The position numbers were made by a program, and so were the translations under genes. Of a stretch of DNA of 64,000 nt, positions 19,101 through 28,875 are shown in pieces. Origin of the DNA: a virus (taxonomy: Duplodnaviria > Caudoviricetes); the IMG/VR virus record IMGVR_UViG_3300012344_000013, positions 32,001 to 96,000 of that record, one strand, 5' to 3'. Every line of letters begins with the position of its first letter. Within the stretch, counting starts at the first letter, position 1. The notes beneath the pieces are model-generated. The model saw nothing but the letters and a program-made list of their open reading frames with translations. It was not told where the DNA came from and ran no database searches.

Positions 19101-20462
19101 TCATTTACCTATGATTTACAATCAAATGAGTATTTCTTATACACAGATTCAAGTTATTCTTCCTTACAGATTTTAGGTAGCGGTACAAGATTAGAATTAT
19201 TTACTACAAGTGGTAATAATAGTATTTGGAAAAGAGATACTATTGATTTAACTCAAGTACAAACAGAGGGATTAAATTTTATCAATAAGAATGCTTGGTT
19301 TGACATATCATTATCAGATGGAAATAGTTTTACTGCAACTGAAATGCAATATGTAAGTATTCCTGCTGGTAATCCTGTTAAATTTACTGCTAAGCAAACT
19401 GATATAACAGAATTAAAGCTAAGTAGTAGTGGAAGTACTTATACTACTAAAGCGGGTGAAGATACTATAGAAAAACCTGTTGTTAACTTTACACAGTTGT
19501 TTGATATTCAGTATGGTAGTCCATCTGTATCGCTACCTACTTATGAGTATTCATCTGATATAGGTTGGCAAGGAAGAACAAGGCTAAACATAAATGCAGG
19601 CATTTCATCTCCTCAAAAACTTATATATGCTGAAAAAAAGAATAGAGATGGCAGTGGCTATGTAGATAGTCAAAGCTTTGTATTGAATGGACTTGATAAT
19701 ACTGTTTATCCTGTAACTATAAAACCTGATGAAGCGGCAGCAAAGTCATCTCCAAACGATACAGAAACGGAAGAGGAATATAAACAAAAAACATCTACCC
19801 TCTATATAGCATCCTCTTATGATATAGACGTTTTAGGAGGTACAGATGTAGATGTAACTCTTACCGATGTTTACGATAATATTACTAATGCTACTTTCTA
19901 TGTTTATAGTCAAAAAGAATTCGAAGATGGTTTAACCCTTGAGCAATCATATACATTTAAGATACCTAAGGGTAATTATTTAATTCCTTTTAAGAATATA
20001 AAAGCGTTGGAAGCTACAAGTGAATTTGTAGTTACTATTACTAATAGCAGTGGTCCTGTAGATGGAGCGTTTCAATGGTTAAGAGATTATTTCTCATTAG
20101 AAGATAAAGGGATTAACTTAGGAGTGTTAAGGCTTACTCAGGATGTCGAGTTAAACATGTCTTTTAGTAATGTAGAAGAAGCAGATAAGGCTTCAATTTT
20201 AATAGAACCTTTTATTAAATTCGAAGAAAATGAGTATTTAGCAAAATATCTAACGACTGTTATTAACTTAGATAAAGACTATAAATATGATTTTACTTAT
20301 AAAATAAGCGAAGATACAAACATCATAGATAATCCTTTGAATCCTAAGAGTTTCTTAGAATCGAATCATATTTATAATAAATTTACTATCTGTGAAATGC
20401 GCACCAATGATACAGTTGCAGATAAAAATCTAACAATTGATTTTATTACTAAATCACTATAA
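16146..20462 (+). CDS. Baseplate wedge protein (gp6/baseplate J-like), large; start probably at the second Met
   Basis: 'YTNKDF', 'ESDPG', 'G.DPET', 'LVTLRDY' motifs of gp6-like proteins. Confidence 0.8.
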   Translation: MRKVVYKMEITTNPLSNLSYTNKDFQTIYPELIEVVKKLSVKWDPSISNESDPGVLLIKLNAILADRDSYNIDKNVLEYFPETVTQPSIANLVFSQQAYRMHQYIGAETAVTISMNTKSNEDLTDEQLEEEFSLPLFSMVSDSDNTVVYTLIANENSVNNIIPSQISLKRNGDSIVAHAIQGVYTSFTVNGDTRITAQNLDSNNKIYFNDTNIAENGIYINNVGDNNYNAWKRVDNLSTQPLGTKCYLFNKDPKTDLLYIQFPDDVDTTVGQGINISYIRTLGQSGNIKARQLEQFYSEGVATSIASETTLSLNSENFTLFNVNASTDGKDPETIDDAYTNYKRTVGTFNTLVTLRDYINYLITSGMVANGVVTDRTNDIQDVYYTYITRDGVRQKYKYIEKDAQGNNLMSAFDLKLYLMESVTKQPSVEMYRESFELIPNGTTSDSNPINNLQSIWNILSDQDGVGLIQHDIKEIENDKICIFKNKYKVNCKIIPTGELSVKQKTDVIKSITSALYRALNSSKVNFGEGIDYEYILQIIKNSSSLIRTVILDDINYDTYAVMHRTRADGAEYFEDILISGEPKATLIEKSATVVSIGSSDYYETTFSALPINNLTKFDFSDLNAIKDAFSGGYFNYSSDDGFTKVYILPSDISKTTIEKVEYIQITDKDNNVLLYIPQPTVGTDTVRMTFYLKKDVANLTGAYFYFEDAEAYNLQRDIFAKSVLAYTTPLLNTTEENFEFNVNQTNINPSNEFYSDVTSVTTDSTVTLTMSKGSTSETGTTYPAVEYTLADNEVIEFWSPNAIDVENYSNYVKYFLDTSIPISKGTSYALKQNEYIVLCWKEADANGTENDYYNYYKYTSDLTKSAANIVKPNVTLKPNMSDLGTYMGESIDSEGPIYGWKPVKELFDGLSVGAGQLSSFLSEKVSELYTGYILTGTNQINMQKVNTVTLPTQKQSTIKCYWILNNSDNILVDWSKVTTADNKKSFTYDLQSNEYFLYTDSSYSSLQILGSGTRLELFTTSGNNSIWKRDTIDLTQVQTEGLNFINKNAWFDISLSDGNSFTATEMQYVSIPAGNPVKFTAKQTDITELKLSSSGSTYTTKAGEDTIEKPVVNFTQLFDIQYGSPSVSLPTYEYSSDIGWQGRTRLNINAGISSPQKLIYAEKKNRDGSGYVDSQSFVLNGLDNTVYPVTIKPDEAAAKSSPNDTETEEEYKQKTSTLYIASSYDIDVLGGTDVDVTLTDVYDNITNATFYVYSQKEFEDGLTLEQSYTFKIPKGNYLIPFKNIKALEATSEFVVTITNSSGPVDGAFQWLRDYFSLEDKGINLGVLRLTQDVELNMSFSNVEEADKASILIEPFIKFEENEYLAKYLTTVINLDKDYKYDFTYKISEDTNIIDNPLNPKSFLESNHIYNKFTICEMRTNDTVADKNLTIDFITKSL

Positions 20463-20475
20463 GGAGTAAGTAGAT

Positions 20476-21276
20476 ATGTCTTATGTAAATATAGAGAAAA
20501 AAGTTCCAAAGGCATATTTGATAGACTCCAGAGATTTTCAATTATTATGTAGGATATTTAATATAATTGAGAATTCAAGTAGAGCTGATATCGAGAGCAT
20601 GATAAGTGTTCTCGATACTGCTACTTGTAGAGATAGAGTTTTATCGCTGTGGAAAACTAAATTAGGTATATTTGAGAGTTTAGAAGTAACTTCTGATGTT
20701 TTAAGAGAAATATTAAATGCTTTTCCTTATATCATTAAGAATAAAGGCTCTAAAACGGCTATAGAAAAATGTATAGCGTTATTTACAAGATTGAACGGTA
20801 TAAAAACAGAAGTTACAGTTGAAATAGTAAATAATCAGCAAAGTGATGACGGTTATTTACCGTATCATATATTGATAACAATAGAAGCCTTTGATGGTAG
20901 CTTCATAGATACCTTAGATAAGGTTTTAGCATATGTAGTTCCTACCGGCTATGAAATATATTATAAACTTATTGCTAAGAATCAATATAGTAATACTGTT
21001 TTATCTTCAGATACAAACGCCGTAATGATAAATACGTATAATACTAATACTAGAATCATGGCGGATACCAATGCTTATAGTAGTATACCTAGTATTACTG
21101 ATAAAGGTAAAGAAGTTGCTAATAGAAATATGTACACTGTAGGTGCTGCTTATGTATATGGTACATTAAATAGTGATGAAGATAAATTTAGTGATTCTAT
21201 TTTAGGAGCATCGTTATATAGTAGCACAGAATCAAGTGCAGAAGAACTTTGGAAATCTGAAAAGGAAGGTAATTAA
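20476..21276 (+). CDS. Baseplate wedge protein (P2 gpI/gp7-like)
   Basis: 'LRE.....IIKNKGSK.AIE' and 'YVVPTG' motifs. Confidence 0.65.
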   Translation: MSYVNIEKKVPKAYLIDSRDFQLLCRIFNIIENSSRADIESMISVLDTATCRDRVLSLWKTKLGIFESLEVTSDVLREILNAFPYIIKNKGSKTAIEKCIALFTRLNGIKTEVTVEIVNNQQSDDGYLPYHILITIEAFDGSFIDTLDKVLAYVVPTGYEIYYKLIAKNQYSNTVLSSDTNAVMINTYNTNTRIMADTNAYSSIPSITDKGKEVANRNMYTVGAAYVYGTLNSDEDKFSDSILGASLYSSTESSAEELWKSEKEGN

Positions 21277-21278
21277 AG

Positions 21279-21773
21279 TTGCAAAACAATTTCGTATATA
21301 AAGGTGAAGTTACTCTTAATGTTATTAAGAATGGCAAGACCTTTTATAAAAAAATATATAATAAAGGAACTGTTAATTTATTTAATTATATAATTTCTGC
21401 TATAAGAGGTGACTTTGCAAGTATTGCTAATTCCTATCCTAATAAAGCATGCTTCAGTAGTACAGAAGATTCTAGTGGCGTATTAAGTTCTTTAAGTGAT
21501 GCTTTTGGTAAAACAAGTGGGTTTGATAATATAAAAAGTGCCCCGTTTGCGTATTATAATTTTACGCTAGATGGCTCAGATTTGGCAAAGGTAGTTGGTT
21601 CAAAAGCTTATGTATTACTTTGTTCTAATGATTCTGTTACAGGTTCAATTAAGGTAATGGCGAGCGTAGAACTAAAAGAAGATGATGTAGCAAAAATAGC
21701 TAAGTCAGGCGTAGTAGTTACATTAGAGTGGAAATTATACGTTATGAATGATGGCAATAAGGAGAATGGTTAA
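21279..21773 (+). CDS. Tail/baseplate-associated protein
   Basis: 'YKGEVTL...IYNKGT' N-terminus; TTG start with GGAAGG RBS. Confidence 0.45.
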   Translation: MQNNFVYKGEVTLNVIKNGKTFYKKIYNKGTVNLFNYIISAIRGDFASIANSYPNKACFSSTEDSSGVLSSLSDAFGKTSGFDNIKSAPFAYYNFTLDGSDLAKVVGSKAYVLLCSNDSVTGSIKVMASVELKEDDVAKIAKSGVVVTLEWKLYVMNDGNKENG

Positions 21774-21775
21774 AG

Positions 21776-22243
21776 ATGAGTAATATTGCTTCTAATAATA
21801 TAAAAGTATTTCCTGCTGTAAGAAGAACTGAATCTCCTGCAGAATCTAGACAGTTATCTGAGAAGAATTTAGTAGGATTGGTGAATAAACTTCTTGATGT
21901 TGATAGTTTTATTATTTCTTATGATGCTACTGCTGATATAATGAAGTTTAATATTGCAGGATATTATTTTGAGATAGATAAATTTAGTGAAGTAACTGGT
22001 AATGATGATAAATTTGCTAAGTTGGTATTCGATGATACAAATTCTGATGCAACATATCCAGAATTAAAAGGAGATGCTAATAGCAATTATCAAGGGCTAG
22101 AATTTGTTACTAGTGCTCCAACATCAGGACATTGGATTAGACTTAGGGATGATTCAAATAATATAATAACTTCTTCTTTTAAGTATAAAGCTACCAATGT
22201 AGAAGGCTTAAAATTTGATAATATAGATGGTGGAACTTATTAA
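21776..22243 (+). CDS. Tail-associated protein
   Basis: Ends 'IDGGTY', a common phage tail-protein C-terminus. Confidence 0.45.
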   Translation: MSNIASNNIKVFPAVRRTESPAESRQLSEKNLVGLVNKLLDVDSFIISYDATADIMKFNIAGYYFEIDKFSEVTGNDDKFAKLVFDDTNSDATYPELKGDANSNYQGLEFVTSAPTSGHWIRLRDDSNNIITSSFKYKATNVEGLKFDNIDGGTY

Positions 22244-22274
22244 AATTTTTATAAATCTCAAATAAGATATTGTA

Positions 22275-22311
22275 TATATAGATGTGATTAAATTTACATC
22301 TATATTTTTTT
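22275..22311 (+). terminator. Stem-loop plus T-run closing the structural operon
   Basis: ATATAGATGT...ACATCTATAT followed by a T run. Confidence 0.55.
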
Positions 22312-22324
22312 ATCGGAGATTGTT

Positions 22325-22633
22325 ATGAATAATTTTATTACTATAAATTGTCCTAAATGCGGCTATGAGTATTTACCAGCAGAAATTTTTATACCTAAAG
22401 CTTTTATAGGTACACCTAAAGATATTATAAGAGATAGTAATCATAGAGTAGAAGATTTTATGGGAAAATCTTTAGACACAGTTGAGGAATATACTTGTGA
22501 CCATTGTCATACAACGTTTTCAGTAAATGCTGATATTAAATTCACAACTACTATTAGTAAGAATGATTTTAATAATACTGAATATGCTCAAAAACTTAAA
22601 AAGCCTAAGAAAATAATAATGAGTGAAGAATAA
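22325..22633 (+). CDS. Zn-ribbon protein
   Basis: CPKC and CDHC pairs. Confidence 0.6.
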   Translation: MNNFITINCPKCGYEYLPAEIFIPKAFIGTPKDIIRDSNHRVEDFMGKSLDTVEEYTCDHCHTTFSVNADIKFTTTISKNDFNNTEYAQKLKKPKKIIMSEE

Positions 22634-24267
22634 TGTCTATAATAGAGCAAGCTCGTTCTAATAAATTACCTTGTTATACATCATTGTTTATAACTATAGA
22701 ATATGATAAAGAATTATTCGATATATTAGTTCAAGATAATGAGTGTATATATGATGATAAATTAAAGAAATTTGAGTTTCCAATAAATAAATTAAAGTAC
22801 TTAATAGAAACTTTAATGCAATATGACTCTGTTACATTTATACCTTATAAATATAATATAGAAAATAATTCTAATATTGAATTATATTCCTATAAGCCCA
22901 AATTATATAAGCATCAAATTGAAGGAATACAATATGGTTTAGCACATAATTCCTGGCTATTATTGGATGACCAAGGACTCGGTAAGACTATACAGATGAT
23001 TTGTTTGGCAGAATCATTAAAGCAAAGAGACCATATAGAGCATTGTTTAATAATATGTGGAGTAAGTAGTCTAAAATATAATTGGGCAGAAGAGATTGAA
23101 AAGTTTTCTAATTTAGATTATATTATATTAGGGCAACAGATTACAAAAACTGGAAAAGTAAAATTGGCTTCTGTAGCAGATAGATTAAATCAATTAAAAA
23201 ATAAGATTGATGAGTTTTTTGTAATTACTAACGTTGAAACATTACGTAATAAAGATTTTATAAAAGCATTTAATAATAGTAAAAATAAATTTGGTATGAT
23301 AGTGTTTGACGAAATACATCGCTGTAAGAGTCCAACTGCCCAAGCTACTAAAACATTGTTAAAATTAAAATCTAATCATAATATAGCATTAACTGGAACT
23401 ATAATTCTAAATAATCCAGAAGATTGTTATATACCTTTGAAATGGACAAATAATGTAAAATGTACTTTTTCTAATTTCAAAAAATTATATAATATCTATG
23501 GGGGTTTTGGAGGAGTACAGGTAATTGGTCATAAAAATTTACTATTGTTAAATGATTTATTAGCCAAATGTGCTTTAAGAAGATTAAAGTCTCAAGTATT
23601 AGATTTACCTGACAGAGTATTCTTAACAGAATATGTAGATTTAACAAAATCTCAAAGAGATTTATATAATGAAGTTGCAGATGGTATAGCTAAAGAGCTT
23701 GATAAATTAGGTGAGATTAGTATTATACAGGAATTAAGTATAAATATGAGATTAAGGCAGATAACTGCTTATCCTGGAATGTTATCAACAACTGTTTTAG
23801 AATCTGCAAAATTAGATAGATTAGAAGATTTAGTAAATCAGATAGTGAGTCAAGGAGATAAAGTGGCAATATTTAGTAATTTCAAAGGAACTGTTCCTGA
23901 AGTTATGAGAAGATTGTCCATATACAATCCAGTATCTTGCACTGGCGATAACACCGATTTAGAGATATCTAGTAGTAAAAATATCTTTAATAATGACAGT
24001 AATTGTAAAGTAATTGTAAGTACTTGGCAGAAGATGGGAACAGGTCATACATTAACTGCTGCTAATTATATAATATTTATTGATACACCTTATACTATGG
24101 CAGATTTTATGCAAGTGTCAGATAGAATATATAGAATAGGTCAAAATAAATCTTGCACAGTAATTGTTTTAATAGCTAAAGATACTTATGATGAGAGAGT
24201 AAAAGAAATATTAGAGACTAAGGACAATTTAACAAAAGAAATTTTAGATAGAGAAGTCAAAAATTAG
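22633..24267 (+). CDS. SNF2-family helicase/ATPase
   Basis: DDQGLGKT, DEIH, LTGT, 'DRIYRIGQ' motifs. Confidence 0.9.
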   Translation: MSIIEQARSNKLPCYTSLFITIEYDKELFDILVQDNECIYDDKLKKFEFPINKLKYLIETLMQYDSVTFIPYKYNIENNSNIELYSYKPKLYKHQIEGIQYGLAHNSWLLLDDQGLGKTIQMICLAESLKQRDHIEHCLIICGVSSLKYNWAEEIEKFSNLDYIILGQQITKTGKVKLASVADRLNQLKNKIDEFFVITNVETLRNKDFIKAFNNSKNKFGMIVFDEIHRCKSPTAQATKTLLKLKSNHNIALTGTIILNNPEDCYIPLKWTNNVKCTFSNFKKLYNIYGGFGGVQVIGHKNLLLLNDLLAKCALRRLKSQVLDLPDRVFLTEYVDLTKSQRDLYNEVADGIAKELDKLGEISIIQELSINMRLRQITAYPGMLSTTVLESAKLDRLEDLVNQIVSQGDKVAIFSNFKGTVPEVMRRLSIYNPVSCTGDNTDLEISSSKNIFNNDSNCKVIVSTWQKMGTGHTLTAANYIIFIDTPYTMADFMQVSDRIYRIGQNKSCTVIVLIAKDTYDERVKEILETKDNLTKEILDREVKN

Positions 24268-24296
24268 TTGACTTCTCTTTTTTAGTATTGTATAAT
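24250..24296 (+). promoter_or_regulatory. Sigma-A promoter overlapped by an inverted repeat
   Basis: TTGACT(24268)-17bp-TATAAT(24291); AGAGAAGTCAA/TTGACTTCTCT stem. Confidence 0.8.
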
Positions 24297-24329
24297 AATC
24301 ATACAATTAGTTAGTAAGGAGATGTTTAA

Positions 24330-25142
24330 TTGTATACTTATTTTAAGATGTTACATAGTATATGTGATTCTAATGATGTAGAATCCATATATGCCTTAAC
24401 TCAAGATATGGCTAATAAAGCAGGTTATTATAGAGATGAATTTACGTTCAAAAACGGTAATAAACGGGAACGAACATTTTATAGAACAAGTTTTGATGAT
24501 ACTTTAGTAGCTAAATGGATGTGCTTTTATGAGCCTTTATTTAAGGCAAAATTAAATAAGCATCGTGATTTGAAAGAATATTATATAGACATAATAAATA
24601 TAACATTTACTTTATTTATGAATAGCCTTAATTTAGAGAAAACAAATTGTGATATGATGGTAAATAAGTATGTAAATTTGACCCTTCGTAATAGAATAGG
24701 TTATTTTGAATATGTAGTGGGTTCTACTACACGTGTAGAAGATACTTTATCAAAAAAATCAAAATCTGCTCGATTACGCTCAAGTATAAATCATCAAGCA
24801 TTTTCTTTAGATGAGCTAATTACAGATGAAAACTATTCTTTTAGAGATAATGCAATTGCAGATAATTTCGAAGGTGAAGATATAGTAATTGAGTTGAAGA
24901 AAAAGCTGAATAATAGTAAAATAGGTTTGACGTTATTAAATGGTCTACTAAATTCAAATAAAAAGGTTCAATTAAGTCATATAGACGATTTTATTGATTT
25001 ATCTAAATATAAAATGGATAAAAATGATAGAGAAGAATTACTAGATTCATATAATATAATAAAATCAGTACTACATTCTTATATTTTAGACAATAAATAT
25101 GATTGGAGGCCGGCTAAGAGTATAAGATTAACTACTGATTAG
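24330..25142 (+). CDS. Putative phage sigma-factor-like protein
   Basis: Helical region-2-like segment ('KYVNLTLRNRI') and 'FSLDEL' region-3-like motif; TTG start with AAGGAG RBS. Confidence 0.4.
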   Translation: MYTYFKMLHSICDSNDVESIYALTQDMANKAGYYRDEFTFKNGNKRERTFYRTSFDDTLVAKWMCFYEPLFKAKLNKHRDLKEYYIDIINITFTLFMNSLNLEKTNCDMMVNKYVNLTLRNRIGYFEYVVGSTTRVEDTLSKKSKSARLRSSINHQAFSLDELITDENYSFRDNAIADNFEGEDIVIELKKKLNNSKIGLTLLNGLLNSNKKVQLSHIDDFIDLSKYKMDKNDREELLDSYNIIKSVLHSYILDNKYDWRPAKSIRLTTD

Positions 25143-25147
25143 AAAGA

Positions 25148-25843
25148 GTGTATTTTGTGATATTAAAATCATATTCATATAATGTAGATATTGCTAAGAT
25201 TTTTGGAATAAATTGTGCTGTTTTTATACAACTACTTATAGAACATAACTATAATATTTCTATAAACAGAGAAGAAATATTTGAAGCAATTGGATTAGAT
25301 ATATCTAAGCAAGGGGAGGTAGAACGAAGTTTGGAAGATAGTAAAGTTTTAACTATTAGAACAAATAGAAATGGTAATAATGGCTATAAATTAAATGTAG
25401 ATTTACTAACATCTATGTTACAAAATTATACAGCATATAATAGTTTTATAAAACAAAATGATGGAATTAAAGTAGATAAAAAAGTATCTAAACAAGAAAG
25501 AGCAACTTCTCAAATAAATAAATTAAAATCATATATAGTATGCGAAGATAGCAAGTTTAGACAATATTGGGGAGATTGGATAGATGCTGTTTACACTAAA
25601 GAAAATGGTAGATTTCCTAATAAAGCTAGTATACATATTGCTGAGCAAGAGTTGAATAGTTATACAGATAGTGATAATGTAAAGGAAAATATAATTTTTA
25701 TTGCAATTAAAAATGGTTATAGAGACATAACTTGGGCAATATCGAAATATGAACAGGAGCATAATAAAGATGCTAGTATAAATTTTATTAACTATAATGA
25801 TATAAAATCAGATGGTAAGAATATAGTAGATGAGGAATTTTAA
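25148..25843 (+). CDS. Putative replication initiator (winged HTH)
   Basis: 'IAKIFGINCAVFI' N-terminus typical of phage replisome organisers; directly upstream of DnaC-like gene. Confidence 0.55.
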   Translation: MYFVILKSYSYNVDIAKIFGINCAVFIQLLIEHNYNISINREEIFEAIGLDISKQGEVERSLEDSKVLTIRTNRNGNNGYKLNVDLLTSMLQNYTAYNSFIKQNDGIKVDKKVSKQERATSQINKLKSYIVCEDSKFRQYWGDWIDAVYTKENGRFPNKASIHIAEQELNSYTDSDNVKENIIFIAIKNGYRDITWAISKYEQEHNKDASINFINYNDIKSDGKNIVDEEF

Positions 25844-26532
25844 TGGAGTTTATTTACAATTCAGAGAATAAAGATAAGTGCTGGTATAGAGATATTTGTG
25901 ATAAATCTAGATGTAACAGTTTTTGTATTAGAAATTATAAAATGGATGCACTTACATATTTAGCAACTATGGAAGGAAATCAAAAATATCCAATATCCTT
26001 AAAGCCGGATAAAGTAGATTATGATAATTTTGTAAGATTAAAAGAAATAAAAAATGATATAAAATCTTTTGTAGAAGGTGGAAAAAATCTTTTAATTTAT
26101 AGTATAAATACAGGAAATGGAAAAACAGAATGGGCTAAGAAATTATTATTAAGTTGGTTTAATTCAATATGGCCTTATACTGAATTGGAATGTCGTGGAT
26201 TATTTATTTCTATGCCTAAATTTATACAAGCAATGAAAGAGAATATTTCAAAGCCAAATGATTATTTTGAGCATATAAACAGTAATATAGTAGAAACAGA
26301 TTTAGTAGTGTGGGATGAGCTTAATTATAAAGAATTAACTCAATACGAGCACGATTATTTGCTTAATATAATTAGCCAGAGAACATCTATTGGTAAAGCA
26401 AATATATTCACAACTAACTATGATTTACAAACAATAGAACAAAAATTAGGTTCACGATTAAGTAGTAGAATAGTAGGTTATTCAGAAAAGATAGAATTAA
26501 AAGGTTCAGATAAACGAGGTCTAAATGGGTAA
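25843..26532 (+). CDS. dnaC: DnaC/IstB-like helicase loader ATPase
   Basis: Walker A GNGKT, 'LVVWDEL', 'IFTTN', 'G.RL.SRI', 'G.DKR'. Confidence 0.85.
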   Translation: MEFIYNSENKDKCWYRDICDKSRCNSFCIRNYKMDALTYLATMEGNQKYPISLKPDKVDYDNFVRLKEIKNDIKSFVEGGKNLLIYSINTGNGKTEWAKKLLLSWFNSIWPYTELECRGLFISMPKFIQAMKENISKPNDYFEHINSNIVETDLVVWDELNYKELTQYEHDYLLNIISQRTSIGKANIFTTNYDLQTIEQKLGSRLSSRIVGYSEKIELKGSDKRGLNG

Positions 26533-27829
26533 TGGTATTTATGCAGCTATGATTGAGTTGCAATTTATAAATTATATATTTAAGGTAAATTCAATACAAA
26601 TAGTTGTACTAAATAATATAACTGAAGATTACTTTACTACTTATAAAGAACACTTTAAGTTTATAGTGGACTATTTTGATAAATATAATCAAATTCCGTC
26701 CAAAGAAACGTTTCAAGGTAAATTTAGTGATAATTTTGAATGGATAGTTGTATCTGACCCTGAAAGTTATTTAATAGATAAACTTAAAGAAGCTAAGTTA
26801 TATAGAGATGTTATAAAAGATTATAAAGATATAGGTAATTTAATTAAAGCAGAACAAACTGATAAAGCTATAGAAAAGATGGCAGGTTTGTCTCAAAATT
26901 ATCTAAAGAATAATCAAAGTAAGTGTGTTGATTTAATTGATGATGTTAATTTACGTTACGATAGCTATTTAGAGAGGCTTAATAATCCTGATAAATCTTT
27001 TGTAACAACAGGTCTTAAAGAATTAGATAGCATTTTAGGTGGCTGGGATTTATTGAATGAATCAGCAGTTATTTGCGCTAGAACAGGATTTGGTAAATCA
27101 TGGTGGCTAATCTATTTTGCAATGCATGCAGCTAAAGCAGGCTTACGGGTGGGTTTCTATTCGGGTGAAATGGAAATAGATTTAGTTGGTTATAGATTTG
27201 ATACTTTTTTAGGTAATATCGCTAATGGTTCTCTCACACATGGTAATGATAATGTAAAAGATTCTTATAAAACTTATACTGAATCTTTGAATAAGGTGAT
27301 AAAAGGACACATTTATTGTATTACTCCCGATATGTTCGATGGCTCTGTTACTGTAAGCAAGCTTAGAGCATTTATAGAAAAGTATGATTTACAAATGTTG
27401 TGTATTGACCAATTTAGTTTGTTAGATGACCAGAAAGGTGCGAGAAATCCACGAGAACAAGCTGTTAATATTTCTAAAGATTTAAGAGCTTTACAGAGAC
27501 TTAAGAAGATACCTATACTTACGGCTGTACAGTTTAATAGAGAAGATACTGAGGAGAATGGCCCATCGACTAAAAATATTGCTGAATCTGATAGAATAGG
27601 TCAAGATAGCACAACAGTACTTGCAATAGAGCGTAAAGGAGATAACGCTGTTCTTAGTATAATAAAAGCGAGGAATGCACGAACGGGCGATAAGTTAACA
27701 TATAATTGGAATATAAATATGGGAATTTTGAATTATATACCTTCTGAAAAAGATGCATTAAATGGTGAAGAAGCATATGAAATGCTTAATAGCTATACTG
27801 ACACTGAAAAATCTAATTCGGTATTTTAG
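26525..27829 (+). CDS. dnaB: Replicative DNA helicase
   Basis: 'TGLKELD', 'ARTGFGKS', 'SGEM', 'Q.NR', 'ESDRIGQD', 'KARN'. Confidence 0.92.
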   Translation: MGNGIYAAMIELQFINYIFKVNSIQIVVLNNITEDYFTTYKEHFKFIVDYFDKYNQIPSKETFQGKFSDNFEWIVVSDPESYLIDKLKEAKLYRDVIKDYKDIGNLIKAEQTDKAIEKMAGLSQNYLKNNQSKCVDLIDDVNLRYDSYLERLNNPDKSFVTTGLKELDSILGGWDLLNESAVICARTGFGKSWWLIYFAMHAAKAGLRVGFYSGEMEIDLVGYRFDTFLGNIANGSLTHGNDNVKDSYKTYTESLNKVIKGHIYCITPDMFDGSVTVSKLRAFIEKYDLQMLCIDQFSLLDDQKGARNPREQAVNISKDLRALQRLKKIPILTAVQFNREDTEENGPSTKNIAESDRIGQDSTTVLAIERKGDNAVLSIIKARNARTGDKLTYNWNINMGILNYIPSEKDALNGEEAYEMLNSYTDTEKSNSVF

Positions 27830-27840
27830 GAGATTTATTT

Positions 27841-28821
27841 ATGCCATGCGTTATAGATAATAAAATTATAGAAACTCCAATTAAAAATATACTTGAATTT
27901 TTACAACAACAGTTATATATAAGCCATATTGATAAATTAAGCAGAATAGATTATAAGCAGATGAATGCTAGAATAACGTGTCCTATTCACAAAGGAGGTC
28001 ATGAGACTACACCATCTTGCGATATACTATTAGTAGATAAAGAAACTACAGATAGTAGAGGAAATAAAATAATTATTCCAGCTGGAACTGTTAATTGTTT
28101 TGCATGTGGATATAAAGCAAATATAGTTAAACTTATAGCAGATTGTTTAGATATTTCATATAATAGCGCTACTAAATGGCTACTTAGTTTTGCAAATTAT
28201 AGTATACAGGAAAATGTAAGAGATGTAGATTTTAATTTTGATACTGTAGCAGAAGAAAAAATTTGGTCCGATATAAAAATAATAACTACAGAAGAACTTA
28301 ATAAATATGAGTATACACATCCTTATATGTATAAAAGAGGGTTGAATGATTTTGTAATAAATAAGTTTGATATAGGATATGATATTGAAAATAAAGCTAT
28401 TACATTTCCAGTTTATGTAGGCGGTCAATGTTTATTTGTAGCACGTAGAAAAGTAGATTATAAAAGATTTGATATGCCAGTTATAAATCCAAAGCCAATA
28501 TATTTAATGGATTATATAACAGAAGATGAGGTATATATTTGTGAATCTGCTATAGATGCTTTACTAATATGGAGTTGGGGAAAACAAGCTATCTGTTTAT
28601 TTGGAACTGGTTCTGCGTGGCAATTAGAGCAATTAAAGCAGTCTAATATACGTAAATTTATAATTGCTTTAGATAATGATGAAGGCGGCAATAAAGGTAC
28701 TGAACGAGTAATAAAGGCACTGGACAATAAAATATTAACTAGATTAAATATACCTAAAGGAAAAGATATAGGAGATTTAACTAAAGAAGAATTTTTGTCA
28801 TTAGATGATAGTATTTGTTGA
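27841..28821 (+). CDS. dnaG: DNA primase (Zn finger plus TOPRIM)
   Basis: CPIH...CFAC Zn finger; 'ICESAIDAL', 'LDNDEGG', 'KD' TOPRIM motifs. Confidence 0.9.
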   Translation: MPCVIDNKIIETPIKNILEFLQQQLYISHIDKLSRIDYKQMNARITCPIHKGGHETTPSCDILLVDKETTDSRGNKIIIPAGTVNCFACGYKANIVKLIADCLDISYNSATKWLLSFANYSIQENVRDVDFNFDTVAEEKIWSDIKIITTEELNKYEYTHPYMYKRGLNDFVINKFDIGYDIENKAITFPVYVGGQCLFVARRKVDYKRFDMPVINPKPIYLMDYITEDEVYICESAIDALLIWSWGKQAICLFGTGSAWQLEQLKQSNIRKFIIALDNDEGGNKGTERVIKALDNKILTRLNIPKGKDIGDLTKEEFLSLDDSIC

Positions 28822-28846
28822 AATTACACCTAAAAGGTGATATTAT
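28818..28846 (+). promoter_or_regulatory. Sigma-A promoter with extended -10
   Basis: TTGAAA-17bp-TATTAT with TGn. Confidence 0.55.
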
Positions 28847-28875
28847 ATATTTATAAAATTATAAAGGAGTAAGAT